From Patescibacteria group bacterium (GTDB lineage: Bacteria; Patescibacteriota; Microgenomatia; UBA8517), in assembly GCA_038061225.1 (NCBI GenBank), contig JBBTZT010000003.1:184515-248514 (forward strand): 64,000 bases of DNA, in the 5' to 3' direction. The notes under the pieces were generated by a model that searched no databases, was not told where the DNA came from, and saw only the letters and a program-made list of their open reading frames with translations. A program made the position numbers and the translations under genes. Shown piece by piece: positions 31,993 through 41,908 of this stretch (position 1 is the first letter of the stretch; every line of letters starts with the position of its first letter).

Positions 31993-33358
31993 AATGAGTA
32001 CACACTCAAATATTCAGATATATATAATCAAAATTTATGAAAAGTTTTTACAAGTATTTGAACCAAGTTTTTTTAAGTTTTTAGTAACTGCGTTATTAAT
32101 TGCGATACCTCTTTATCCCAAATTTCCTGCAATTAGAATACCTGGAATTTATGTTGCCATACGATTGGAAGATTTTTTGATTTTATTTACGTTATTAATA
32201 TTTTTGATTCCCATGTTAATTAATTTTAAGATCTTTTTAAAAGAAAAAGTTCCAAGAGCTATTATTTTATTTTTGCTAATTGGTTTTATATCAACAATTT
32301 CTGGGATATTAATAACCCAAATTGTAGTTCCTTCAATTGCCTTTTTACATTTTTTCAGAAGAGTTGAATACCTTTCGCTATTTTTTGCAGGGTTTCTTTT
32401 TATTAGACAAACGAAAGACAATTCTTTTTTTGAATACTTGCTTAAAATATTATTGATAATTAATTTATTTGTTTTTTTATATGGGTTTGGACAAAAATAT
32501 TTTAATCTTCCAATAATTATTACTCAAAATGAAGAATATTCTAAAGGTGTTGCATTAAGTTATACAGCTGGAGCTCATATCAATTCAAGTTTTGCAGGAC
32601 ATTACGATCTAGCTTCATATTTAGTGTTGATAATGCCAATCTTTATATCAGCGTTTTATTTACTAAAAGATAAAATATCAAAAATTATATTAGCGATATC
32701 TACATTACTTGGATTCTGGTTACTGTCCGCTGCGGTTTCCAGGATTTCAATTGTAGCTTTTTTAATATCTACGACTATTTCACTCTTTCTTCTAAAAAAA
32801 TATAAAGCAATTGTAACTGTTTTAGTAATAAGCGTGATTATCTTTGGGTTTTCATCAGACTTAAGAGTTAGATATGGGAGAATAATAGAAGTAGTAAGAC
32901 AAAAGATTACATCTGTTGTTATTGTATATGCACAGGAAGATGGTAATGTAAATGAAGATAGATCAACCTCAATTAGATTTAATGTAGAATGGCCAAGAGC
33001 GATGAGAGCATTTTACAAAAACCCTCTCTTGGGAACAGGATACTCATCAATTACACTTGCGACTGATAATGATTATTTAAGGGCTTTAGGTGAAACTGGT
33101 GTCTTAGGACTCCTATCTTTTTTACTTATTTTTATCACATTGTTTAAAACATTTAATATATATAAATTTGATGTTTATGAACATTCATCTAATAATCTTG
33201 AGTCTGTATTTATTGCAAGTTTTGTTGGTTCAACTGTTGGAATTTTAATGACAGCTCTTTTTATTGATATCTTTGAAGCATCAAAATTTGCCACAATTTA
33301 TTGGTTGTTTACTGGATTTGTTGTAGCTAAAATTATACAAAATAATAAATTGACATGA
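31979..33358 (+). CDS. O-antigen ligase/polymerase (Wzy)-like membrane protein.
   Basis: About 12 TM helices with a large periplasmic loop near the C-terminal third. The position in the cluster beside the flippase fits. Confidence 0.4.
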   Translation: MQKNEMSTHSNIQIYIIKIYEKFLQVFEPSFFKFLVTALLIAIPLYPKFPAIRIPGIYVAIRLEDFLILFTLLIFLIPMLINFKIFLKEKVPRAIILFLLIGFISTISGILITQIVVPSIAFLHFFRRVEYLSLFFAGFLFIRQTKDNSFFEYLLKILLIINLFVFLYGFGQKYFNLPIIITQNEEYSKGVALSYTAGAHINSSFAGHYDLASYLVLIMPIFISAFYLLKDKISKIILAISTLLGFWLLSAAVSRISIVAFLISTTISLFLLKKYKAIVTVLVISVIIFGFSSDLRVRYGRIIEVVRQKITSVVIVYAQEDGNVNEDRSTSIRFNVEWPRAMRAFYKNPLLGTGYSSITLATDNDYLRALGETGVLGLLSFLLIFITLFKTFNIYKFDVYEHSSNNLESVFIASFVGSTVGILMTALFIDIFEASKFATIYWLFTGFVVAKIIQNNKLT

Positions 33359-34752
33359 ATATATTAATTACTCGCATGAAAACAATCGTGAAAAATGAGT
33401 ACTTTGTACTTTCAATACTACTAATATTTGGCTTTATTGTTAGATTATATAGAATTGATAACCCAATTGCTGATTGGCATTCTTGGCGTCAAGCTGATAC
33501 TTCTGCTGTATCCCGTAACTATGTTAAGGATGGTATAAATATTTTTTACCCTCAATACGATGATATTAGTAGTATTCAGACGGGAATAAATAACCCAACA
33601 GGAATAAGAATGGTAGAGTTTCCTTTTTATAATATTATGCATGCCTCTTTATTTAAAAGTTTTCCTATTTTCAGTCTTGAAAAGTGGGGAAGACTTCTTA
33701 CTATTTTTATTTCTCTTCTAACCTCTATTTTTCTTTTTTTACTAGGGAAAAAACATTATTCATCAAAAATTGGTTTACTAACCGCCTTTTTCTTTTTATT
33801 TTTACCCTTTAATATATATTTTAGTAGAGTAATTTTACCTGACCCATTAGGAGTGTTGTTTGCAATTTCTGGATTGTATTTTTTTGGAATGACTAATTTT
33901 ATTTCTGCAATTCTTTTTGCATTAGCTTTATTACAAAAACCATATTTTGGAGTTTATTTACTTCCATTAATTCCCGAGCTAATCAAGAAAGAAGAGTTCA
34001 AAAAAAATATAATATTTTTCTTTATAACCACACTTCCTTTTGTTTTGTGGAGATATTGGACAACACTGCATCCTGAAGGTGTCCCCTTTTATAAATGGGC
34101 ATTTAATGGAGATAAGATAAGATTTCATCCTGCTTGGTTTAGATGGTTATTTGGTGAAAGAATTGGAATTTTAATTTTGGGCACTTGGGGACTTATTCCT
34201 TTTTCGTATGGAATTGTTAGAAAATTAAAAAATAACTTTAATTTGCTCTTAGCTCTTTCAATGCTTATTTATCTTGTAGTTGTAGCAACTGCAAATGTTA
34301 GACATGATTATTATCAAATACTAATTATTCCATCAATTGCTATGACTTTAGCGATTGGTACGTCATACATGTGGAGACATATGAAGATAATACTAATGCT
34401 AAGTTTAATTACAATGTTTTTAATAAGTTGGGATAAGATTAAACCTTTTTATCAAATTAATCATCCAGAGCTTATGGTTGTTGGAAAAATAGTTGATGAA
34501 ACTTTACCAAAAGATGCCAAAATCATAATTCCATATAATGGTGATACTGCCTTTTTATATCAAACAAAAAGAAAAGGTTGGCCTGCAGTAGATGATTCGA
34601 TTGATAACATAATAAAAAGAGGTGCCGATTATTATGTATCAATTGATCTAGGAAGTGCTGATAGTGTCAACTTTTCTAAAAGATTTGAAACTATTGCAAA
34701 GACTAATCAATATATAATTCTTGATCTACACAAGGAGATATTGAAAAAATGA
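33355..34752 (+). CDS. GT-C membrane glycosyltransferase, ArnT/PMT_2-like.
   Basis: RLYRIDNPIADWHSWRQADTSAVSRNY resembles the conserved ArnT/PMT_2 first-loop motif; 10+ TM helices. Confidence 0.5.
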   Translation: MNILITRMKTIVKNEYFVLSILLIFGFIVRLYRIDNPIADWHSWRQADTSAVSRNYVKDGINIFYPQYDDISSIQTGINNPTGIRMVEFPFYNIMHASLFKSFPIFSLEKWGRLLTIFISLLTSIFLFLLGKKHYSSKIGLLTAFFFLFLPFNIYFSRVILPDPLGVLFAISGLYFFGMTNFISAILFALALLQKPYFGVYLLPLIPELIKKEEFKKNIIFFFITTLPFVLWRYWTTLHPEGVPFYKWAFNGDKIRFHPAWFRWLFGERIGILILGTWGLIPFSYGIVRKLKNNFNLLLALSMLIYLVVVATANVRHDYYQILIIPSIAMTLAIGTSYMWRHMKIILMLSLITMFLISWDKIKPFYQINHPELMVVGKIVDETLPKDAKIIIPYNGDTAFLYQTKRKGWPAVDDSIDNIIKRGADYYVSIDLGSADSVNFSKRFETIAKTNQYIILDLHKEILKK

Positions 34753-35948
34753 AAATTTTGATGCTTACGCCATATTTGCCGTTTCCTGATTCGTCGGGGG
34801 GACAAATTCGGTCGTATAACCTGATTAAACATTTGAGTAAAAAACATGAAATTACTTTATTTTCTTTAATTAAGGACGATTCAGAAAAAAGATTTGTCTC
34901 AGAACTTGAAAAATATTGTAAAAAAGTAGAAGTTTTTAAAAGATCAAAATCTCCTTGGACTTTAAGAAATATATTATTAACTGGTTTTGGCCCCTACCCC
35001 TTTTTAGTTATAAGAAATTTATCTTCAATAGAGAGATTGGCTGTGGCTAGTGAAATTAATAAAAATAATTATGATCTGATTCACGCAGAAACATTTTATG
35101 TAATGCCCCACATTCCCAAAACTGATATACCAATACTTTTAGTAGAACAAACAATTGAATATCTTGTATATAAACATTATGTTCAGAATTTGAAAAACAT
35201 TTTTCAGCGATGGCTATTTTCAGTTGATGTAGCAAAGTTAAAATTTTGGGAAACTAGTTTTTGGAAAAAAGCAGATACTGTGGTGGCAGTCTCAGAAGCT
35301 GACAAAGTTGAAATGGTTAAATTAGCTTCGAAATTGGCTGTACAACTTGTTCCAAACGGTGTTAACTTAAATTTTTTCAAAATAAGAAAAAATTGGAATA
35401 TAGATCAACCCAAAATATTATTTGTAGCTAATTTTAAGTGGTTGCAGAATGCAGAAGCAGCTGAATTATTATTAAATAAAGTTTATCCATTAATTCATCA
35501 AAAAAATCCTAATGCAAAAGTATTGATAGTTGGACAATATATTCCTGAAAATATCTTAAGTAAAAATTCAGATAATATTATTATTAGAAATTTAAAAGAG
35601 GATGATCAGAATGGAATACGAGATGCATACTATGAGTCTTCAGTGTTTGTGTCCCCACTTCGAGGCCCTGGAGGTACACGACTTAAACACTTTGCCGCAA
35701 TGGCGTCGAAATTGCCATTGATTACGACATCTGTTGGGGCTGAAGGACTTGGTGTTATTGATGGGCTAAATGTCGTAATTCGAAATTCGCCTGAAGAAAT
35801 TGCGCAAGCAACATTAAAAATTCTTTCAGATTTTAATTTGGCAAAAAAAATAGCGGATAATGCTAGAAAATTGGTTGAGGAAAAATATAGTTGGAAAATG
35901 ATGAGCGAATACTTAGATAAAATCTATGAAAAAACATCTAAAAAATAA
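34749..35948 (+). CDS. Glycosyltransferase family 4 (GT-B).
   Basis: SPLRGPGGTRLKHFAAMASKLPLITTSVGAEG. Confidence 0.7.
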   Translation: MKILMLTPYLPFPDSSGGQIRSYNLIKHLSKKHEITLFSLIKDDSEKRFVSELEKYCKKVEVFKRSKSPWTLRNILLTGFGPYPFLVIRNLSSIERLAVASEINKNNYDLIHAETFYVMPHIPKTDIPILLVEQTIEYLVYKHYVQNLKNIFQRWLFSVDVAKLKFWETSFWKKADTVVAVSEADKVEMVKLASKLAVQLVPNGVNLNFFKIRKNWNIDQPKILFVANFKWLQNAEAAELLLNKVYPLIHQKNPNAKVLIVGQYIPENILSKNSDNIIIRNLKEDDQNGIRDAYYESSVFVSPLRGPGGTRLKHFAAMASKLPLITTSVGAEGLGVIDGLNVVIRNSPEEIAQATLKILSDFNLAKKIADNARKLVEEKYSWKMMSEYLDKIYEKTSKK

Positions 35949-36024
35949 CATAAAACTTTCTATTATTATAAATGATGGTATTCTTAAAATTGAAACTGTT
36001 TAGATTCTTAGGGACAAAATTACT

Positions 36025-36549
36025 ATGAAAATTATAATTGATGCTAGACTTTATGGCCCGACTGATACAGGAATTGGAAGGTACACACAAAAACTGATTG
36101 AGAATTTGACTAAGATAGATCATAAAAACAACTATGTAATATTGTTGCGAGCAGAATATTATAAATTATTAATTATTCCCAAAAACTGGACTAAAGTTCT
36201 AATTGATATTAAGCATTATACGTTTGAAGAACAATTTAAGCTTCCTTTTTTATTGTATAAATTAAAACCAGATGTTGTTCATTTTCCACATTTTAATATT
36301 CCGCTTTTTTACTTTGGACAATATATTGTAACAATACATGATCTTATTATGCACAAATTTAAAGGTGGAGAAGCAACAACAAGACCATTCCCAATTAGAA
36401 AAATATGGAGGCTAGGATATTATTTAGCATTTGCAAAAGCTGTTTATGGTTCTAAAAAAATAATTGTTCCAAGTAATGCAGTAAAAGATGAAATTGTTAA
36501 ATTTTATAAGATTAACCCAAAGAAAGTTGAGGTGACCTATGAAGGGTGA
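36025..36549 (+). CDS. N-terminal (acceptor) half of a GT4 glycosyltransferase. The gene is interrupted: a split or frameshifted gene.
   Basis: MKIIIDARLYGPTDTGIGRY... is a typical GT4 N-domain. It ends at TGA 36547-36549, 11 nt inside the next ORF. Confidence 0.45.
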   Translation: MKIIIDARLYGPTDTGIGRYTQKLIENLTKIDHKNNYVILLRAEYYKLLIIPKNWTKVLIDIKHYTFEEQFKLPFLLYKLKPDVVHFPHFNIPLFYFGQYIVTIHDLIMHKFKGGEATTRPFPIRKIWRLGYYLAFAKAVYGSKKIIVPSNAVKDEIVKFYKINPKKVEVTYEG

Positions 36550-37075
36550 TTATTTTATGTATACAGGAAATGCTTATCCACACAAGAATTTGTCTAGATT
36601 AATTGTGGCAATGGTTATATTGAACGAGAAAAAAACAATTAAACTTAAAATTTCATCAAGTCGAAGTGTTTTTACTGACAGGTTACAAAAGATAATAACT
36701 GAAAATAATGCACAAAAATATGTTGAATTATTAGGATATGTACCAGATGATAAAATTAAAACTTTATATAAAAATTCAATTGCCTTTGTTTTTCCAACAC
36801 TCGCCGAAGGTTTTGGCCTTCCTCCAATGGAAGCAATAAATAGCGGGACACTTGCTGTAGTTTCTAATATTCCAGTTTTAAAAGAAGTATATGAAGATAG
36901 TGTTTTATATTTTGATACAATGGATACAAATTCAATAGTTAAAGCCTTACAAAACGTTTTAAAAATTTCAAATGAAGATAGAGACAAAATGATAAAAAAG
37001 TCACAAAAGTTTCTTAAAAAATACTCATGGCAAAAAATGGCAAAAGAAACTTTAAATATATATGAATCAGTTTAA
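36539..37075 (+). CDS. C-terminal (donor) half of the same GT4 glycosyltransferase (+1 frame).
   Basis: YFMYTGNAYPHKNLSRL and FVFPTLAEGFGLPPMEAINSGTLAVVSN. The linker of about 25 aa expected between the two halves is missing. Confidence 0.45.
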   Translation: MKGDYFMYTGNAYPHKNLSRLIVAMVILNEKKTIKLKISSSRSVFTDRLQKIITENNAQKYVELLGYVPDDKIKTLYKNSIAFVFPTLAEGFGLPPMEAINSGTLAVVSNIPVLKEVYEDSVLYFDTMDTNSIVKALQNVLKISNEDRDKMIKKSQKFLKKYSWQKMAKETLNIYESV

Positions 37076-38240
37076 TGATTTAAATATTGCACTTGTTTAC
37101 GATAGAGTTAATAAATTTGGTGGGGCAGAGAGAGTGCTTTTAACTTTACATGAAATGTTTCCCAATGCGCCACTTTATACTTCTGTCTATGATTCTAAAA
37201 AAGCTCCATGGGCTAATGTATTTCCTAAAATTTACACTTCATTTTTACAAAAAATTCCAATTCTTAAAAATCATCATGAATTAATGGGTTGGTTAATGCC
37301 AATTGCTTTTGAAAGTTTTAATTTCAAAAAATATGACCTCGTTATTTCTGTTACGTCAGAAGCTGCAAAGGGAATTATTACATGTACAAACACCTTACAT
37401 ATTTGTTATATGTTAACTCCAACACGATATCTTTGGAGTGGAAAAGAATTTTATCTAAATAATCCACCAAAAATATTTAAAATTTTTCCTTTTTACAAAA
37501 TAGTTTCTTGGCCATTTTTAACTTATGCCAAGTGGTGGGATAAAGTAGCGAGTACTAGACCTGACAAAATTATCGCAATATCAACTGAAGTCCAAAGAAG
37601 AATCAAAAAATATTATAATCGCGATTCAGAAATTATCTTTCCACCTATTATTTTGCATCGCAAAAACTCTTTCCTTCGTGGGCTCCGTTCACAGAATGGA
37701 GCAGCCAGTCATTCGTTTTTGCTGGATGCAAATTATTATTTGTACGTTGGAAGATTAGTAAAATATAAAAAAATTGACTTATTAGTTGAAGTATTTAATG
37801 AATTAAATTTACCACTAGTTATAGTAGGTACTGGTTCTGAAGAGAGAATGTTAAAATTAAAAGCTAAAAATAATATTAAATTTTTAGGAAATATTAACGA
37901 TGAGGAATTAGCAAAGGTCTATTCAAAAGCAAAAGCATTTTTGATGCCACAAGAGGAAGATTTTGGAATTACATCACTAGAAGCTCAAAATTTTGGAGTT
38001 CCCATAATTGCCTATAGAAAAGGTGGAGCACTTGATACGGTAGTTGAAAACAAGACTGGAGTCTTTTTTGACGATCAAAATAAAGAGAGTTTAAAGCAGG
38101 CGATTGCAAAATTTGATAAAATAGTCTTTAATCATAAGTACCTAATCAATAATGTTAAAAATTTTTCAAAAGAAAATTTCAAGAGAAGATTACAAAGATC
38201 ACTTGTACGCGCTTATAGTAGTGGGTGGTGGTGGAACTAG
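37062..38240 (+). CDS. Glycosyltransferase family 4 (GT-B).
   Basis: MPQEEDFGITSLEAQNFGVPIIAYRKGGALDTV. Confidence 0.7.
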   Translation: MNQFNDLNIALVYDRVNKFGGAERVLLTLHEMFPNAPLYTSVYDSKKAPWANVFPKIYTSFLQKIPILKNHHELMGWLMPIAFESFNFKKYDLVISVTSEAAKGIITCTNTLHICYMLTPTRYLWSGKEFYLNNPPKIFKIFPFYKIVSWPFLTYAKWWDKVASTRPDKIIAISTEVQRRIKKYYNRDSEIIFPPIILHRKNSFLRGLRSQNGAASHSFLLDANYYLYVGRLVKYKKIDLLVEVFNELNLPLVIVGTGSEERMLKLKAKNNIKFLGNINDEELAKVYSKAKAFLMPQEEDFGITSLEAQNFGVPIIAYRKGGALDTVVENKTGVFFDDQNKESLKQAIAKFDKIVFNHKYLINNVKNFSKENFKRRLQRSLVRAYSSGWWWN

Positions 38241-39294
38241 ATTATGGCCAGTATCTAAAACTACTTCCCCAAAGCAATTCTTAAAACTTTTTGATAATAA
38301 AACTTTAACTCAAATAACTTCATATAGATTTAACAAAATTCTTTCTTGGGATCATATATATGCAGTTACAACTTCTGATGAATATAAAAAGGAAATAATT
38401 AAGGAAGTCCCTGAATTTATACATAAAAATATAATTGTGGAGCCTATCAAGCGAAATACCGCAGCAGCACATGCACTTGGAGCCACATATATATTAAAGC
38501 AAGATCAAAAGGCAGTTATTTTAAATGAGGCAGCCGATCACCTTGTAGATCCGCAACGAGAATATCTCAAAAATTTATTATCCGCAGCTGAGGCAGTGTT
38601 TGAAAGAGACCTTCTCCTAGCCGTTGGTATTAAGCCAACATATCCAAATGTAGGATATGGATACATAAAAATAGGAGACAAGCTTTCGGAGATTAGCGAA
38701 AAACATATATTTAAGTTGGATGCTTTTACTGAAAAACCAAAACTTGAAGTAGCCAAAAAATATCTTGCTACCGGAAAATATTTCTGGAATGCGAATCAAT
38801 ATGTTTGGGGAGCACAAAGTTTCTTAAATGCTCTCGCAAAACATGCTCCTGAAATATCAAAAGGAATTAGTGAAATTTCTGAATCAATTGGTACAATGAA
38901 TGAGAAAGAAATAATATCTAAAGTTTATAAAAATCTGCCAGATGTTTCTGTTGATTATGCTGTAAGCGAAAAAGCAAAGAACTTCATAATGATAGTTGCC
39001 GATTATGGATGGACAGATATTGGTGATTGGAAAGAAGTTTGGGAAAATAGTCCAAAGGATCATGGAGGTAATGTAGTAATTTCAGACAAAGAAAGTGGCG
39101 GTGAAGTTATTAATATCGATACAACTGATGCATTAATTCATACAGATGGAAGACTGATTGCCGCGATTGATGTCGATAATTTAATCATTGTTGATACAAA
39201 AAATGTATTACTTGTTTGTTCAAAAAGCCATGCTCAATCAGTAAAAAAGATAGTAGAATTGTTAAAAAAACAAGGTAGAAAAGAACTTCTTTAA
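38203..39294 (+). CDS. manC: Mannose-1-phosphate guanylyltransferase (GDP-mannose pyrophosphorylase).
   Basis: ALIVVGGGGTRLWPVS matches the A.ILAGGSGTRLWPLS signature. The proposed start is the in-frame TTG at 38203, giving M-YALIVVGG. ATG 38152 would overlap the upstream GT by 89 nt. Confidence 0.7.
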   Translation: MYALIVVGGGGTRLWPVSKTTSPKQFLKLFDNKTLTQITSYRFNKILSWDHIYAVTTSDEYKKEIIKEVPEFIHKNIIVEPIKRNTAAAHALGATYILKQDQKAVILNEAADHLVDPQREYLKNLLSAAEAVFERDLLLAVGIKPTYPNVGYGYIKIGDKLSEISEKHIFKLDAFTEKPKLEVAKKYLATGKYFWNANQYVWGAQSFLNALAKHAPEISKGISEISESIGTMNEKEIISKVYKNLPDVSVDYAVSEKAKNFIMIVADYGWTDIGDWKEVWENSPKDHGGNVVISDKESGGEVINIDTTDALIHTDGRLIAAIDVDNLIIVDTKNVLLVCSKSHAQSVKKIVELLKKQGRKELL

Positions 39295-39299
39295 AAAAT

Positions 39300-39950
39300 A
39301 TGCTATTTGGAATTATAAAAAGAATAATAGATATCACTGCCTCAATAATATTACTTATTTTATTTTCTCCAATAATGCTTGTAACTGCTATTGCTATAAA
39401 AATAAAATCCCCCGGGCCGGTATTGGTTGAAAAAAATAATTCACATATGAAACGCATGGGAAAAAATGGAAAAATTTTTAGACTTTATAAATTTCGATCG
39501 ATGCTTGTTAACTCGGATAATTTAATAGTAAAAGATCCAAAATATAAAAAACTGTATAAAGAATGGAAAAATACAAATTATAAATTAATTAAGGATCCAC
39601 GAGTAACAAGACTCGGTAAATTTATAAGAAAATATTCAATTGATGAAATGCCACAACTTCTTAATGTTTTAAAAGGTGAAATGAGTTTGGTTGGTCCTAG
39701 ACCTTATCATTCGGATGAATTAGAAGAACAACAAAAAAAATATCCTGAGACAGATAAATTTGTCAAAGAAATGCATAAAGTAAAACCTGGAATAACTGGA
39801 TATTGGCAAGTTGAAGGAAGAAGTGATGTAAATTTTGACAAAAGAATTGAAATGGATGCTTATTATGCAAGAAAAAAATCTTTATTTTTTGATTTGTTGA
39901 TAATAGCAAAAACTCCATGGGCTATGATTAGTGGAAAAGGTGCTGTATAA
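39300..39950 (+). CDS. Initiating polyprenyl-phosphate sugar phosphotransferase (bacterial sugar transferase family, WbaP/PglC-like).
   Basis: KRIIDI..S..LL......V.AIAIK..SPGPV...Q.R.G.NGK.F...KFRSM...DEMPQLLNVLKGEMSLVGPRP. Confidence 0.85.
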   Translation: MLFGIIKRIIDITASIILLILFSPIMLVTAIAIKIKSPGPVLVEKNNSHMKRMGKNGKIFRLYKFRSMLVNSDNLIVKDPKYKKLYKEWKNTNYKLIKDPRVTRLGKFIRKYSIDEMPQLLNVLKGEMSLVGPRPYHSDELEEQQKKYPETDKFVKEMHKVKPGITGYWQVEGRSDVNFDKRIEMDAYYARKKSLFFDLLIIAKTPWAMISGKGAV

Positions 39951-39961
39951 TTTTTAAAAAC

Positions 39962-41908
39962 ATGGAAAATGAACCTGCCATCTTAATTCCGAAAATTGAT
40001 CCAGTCAAAAACGATATTGATTTAGATCAAAAACAAAAAGTAATAATTAAAACAAAATATATAATTATTTCCTCTGTAGTTTTATTTATTATATTAATTT
40101 TTTCTATACCTGTAATACTATTTGCAAATAAAGCTAAAAAAGTATATTTAGACCTTACACCTATTTTTTCAGCCTCAGAATTTACTGATATTGAAAAGAT
40201 AAAATCAGATTTTAATATTACTAAAAATTCAATCGCGGAACTCAAAAAATCATATAAATTAATTTCATGGATGAAAATTGTTCCTTTTGCAGGAACTTAT
40301 GTCAGTGATTTGGGACATGGTCTTAACGCCTCAACAAAAGTTTTAGAAGCTGGCGAAACAACTTTTGTAACACTTGATCCATTTCTTTCAGAGCTTGGTT
40401 TCAAGAAAAATGATGGTACGGAAAGTGCAGAGAAATCAGCTCAAGAGAGAATTGATTTTGTTGTTAATGCTATACCTGAAATACTTCCTAAGGCTGATGA
40501 AATCACAAAAAAATTTGAGGAAGCTGAAATAGAACTCTTACAGATTGATCCAAACAAATATCCTGAAAATTTTAAAGGAATAAACATCAGGGAAAAATTA
40601 AGGAAAGTCTTACTTTTATTTGAACAAGTTTCTTCGTATGTTTCAGAGAGTAAACCGCTTCTTGAAAGTACACCTTATCTGTTGGGAATGGAATCTGACA
40701 GAAATTATTTAGTCTTGTTTCAAAACGACAAAGAACTAAGACCAACTGGAGGTTTTTTAACAGCTTACTCAGTGATGAAAGTTTCAAAGGCAAAATTTGA
40801 ACCAGTTTCATCAGATGATATATATAATTTAGATGCTAAATATAAGCCTTCCTTTCCCGCACCTGACGCGATAGTCGATCTTATTAAAGGTCCGTATGTT
40901 TTATCTCAAAATATTAGGTTAAGAGATGTTAACTATAGCCCTGATTACAAAATAGCCATGGATTTGTTTTCCACTGAGGCAGAAAAAGTTGGAATGAAAG
41001 GAATTGACGGAATTATAGCAGTTGATACTGGTTTACTAGTTAATCTTTTAGATGCTCTTGGTGAGATTGGGGTTCCTGGATTTGGAAATTATTCAACTAA
41101 AATAGAACCAAAATGCAATTGTCCTCAGGTTATATATGAACTTGAAAGTTTTGCAGACATTGAAGGACCAATTATTTGGGATCCACTAACAGGTAAAATT
41201 ATTTTAAGACCTGCAAATTCTGACAATAGAAAGAAAATAATCGGACCCTTGATGAATTCAATACTAGCCAATGCTTTTGCCCAACCAAAAGAAAAAATAC
41301 CAACACTTCTAGATTCAATTTTTAAGTCAGTAGTAGAAAAACATGTTCTTTTCTATCTTTTTGATGACAAAGCACAAATGGCTGTTGAAGGTTTTGGTAT
41401 TGCTGGAAGAATTGAGACGTATGCCGGTGATTATCTTCATATTAACGATTCAAATTTGGGTGGTAGAAAATCAAATTTATATCTAAAACAAGAAGTTGAA
41501 CAAGAAATATCAGTAACTAAAGATGGAATGATTGAAAAAAGTTTAACTATTACTTATCAAAATCCAGAAAAATATGATGGTTGGCTCAACTCTGTTCTTC
41601 CAAACTGGGTCAGAGTTTATGTACCAGAGGGATCAAAATTAATAGCAGTAGAAGGTCTTGAAAAACAATATGATACAACTACAGAACTTAATAAAACAGT
41701 TTTTTCAGGTTATTTTAAATTAAGACCAGAGGGGGTTTCAAAAGTAACTTTTAAATATTTACTACCATTTAAAAGAGCTAGTGGCGATTATCGAATGCTT
41801 ATTCAAAAACAACCTGGAACCAATGCTCCACTTTATACTGTTAGAAGTAGTAAAACAGAAGAAGAATTTCTGTTAAATAGCGATAAAGAATTAAGAATTA
41901 AAATATGA
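39962..41908 (+). CDS. Membrane-anchored extracytoplasmic protein, DUF4012-like (family assigned from memory, unverified).
   Basis: Single N-terminal TM (IIISSVVLFIILIFSIPVILF) followed by about 600 aa hydrophilic. It is the last gene of the glycan locus. Confidence 0.3.
   Translation: MENEPAILIPKIDPVKNDIDLDQKQKVIIKTKYIIISSVVLFIILIFSIPVILFANKAKKVYLDLTPIFSASEFTDIEKIKSDFNITKNSIAELKKSYKLISWMKIVPFAGTYVSDLGHGLNASTKVLEAGETTFVTLDPFLSELGFKKNDGTESAEKSAQERIDFVVNAIPEILPKADEITKKFEEAEIELLQIDPNKYPENFKGINIREKLRKVLLLFEQVSSYVSESKPLLESTPYLLGMESDRNYLVLFQNDKELRPTGGFLTAYSVMKVSKAKFEPVSSDDIYNLDAKYKPSFPAPDAIVDLIKGPYVLSQNIRLRDVNYSPDYKIAMDLFSTEAEKVGMKGIDGIIAVDTGLLVNLLDALGEIGVPGFGNYSTKIEPKCNCPQVIYELESFADIEGPIIWDPLTGKIILRPANSDNRKKIIGPLMNSILANAFAQPKEKIPTLLDSIFKSVVEKHVLFYLFDDKAQMAVEGFGIAGRIETYAGDYLHINDSNLGGRKSNLYLKQEVEQEISVTKDGMIEKSLTITYQNPEKYDGWLNSVLPNWVRVYVPEGSKLIAVEGLEKQYDTTTELNKTVFSGYFKLRPEGVSKVTFKYLLPFKRASGDYRMLIQKQPGTNAPLYTVRSSKTEEEFLLNSDKELRIKI

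Noticed and set aside
38152-38202. ATG 38152 as the manC start.
   Set aside because: It would force an 89-nt out-of-frame overlap with the upstream glycosyltransferase. The in-frame TTG at 38203 gives the canonical M-x-ALIVVGGGGTRLWP N-terminus. ATG 38152 cannot be excluded without experimental data.
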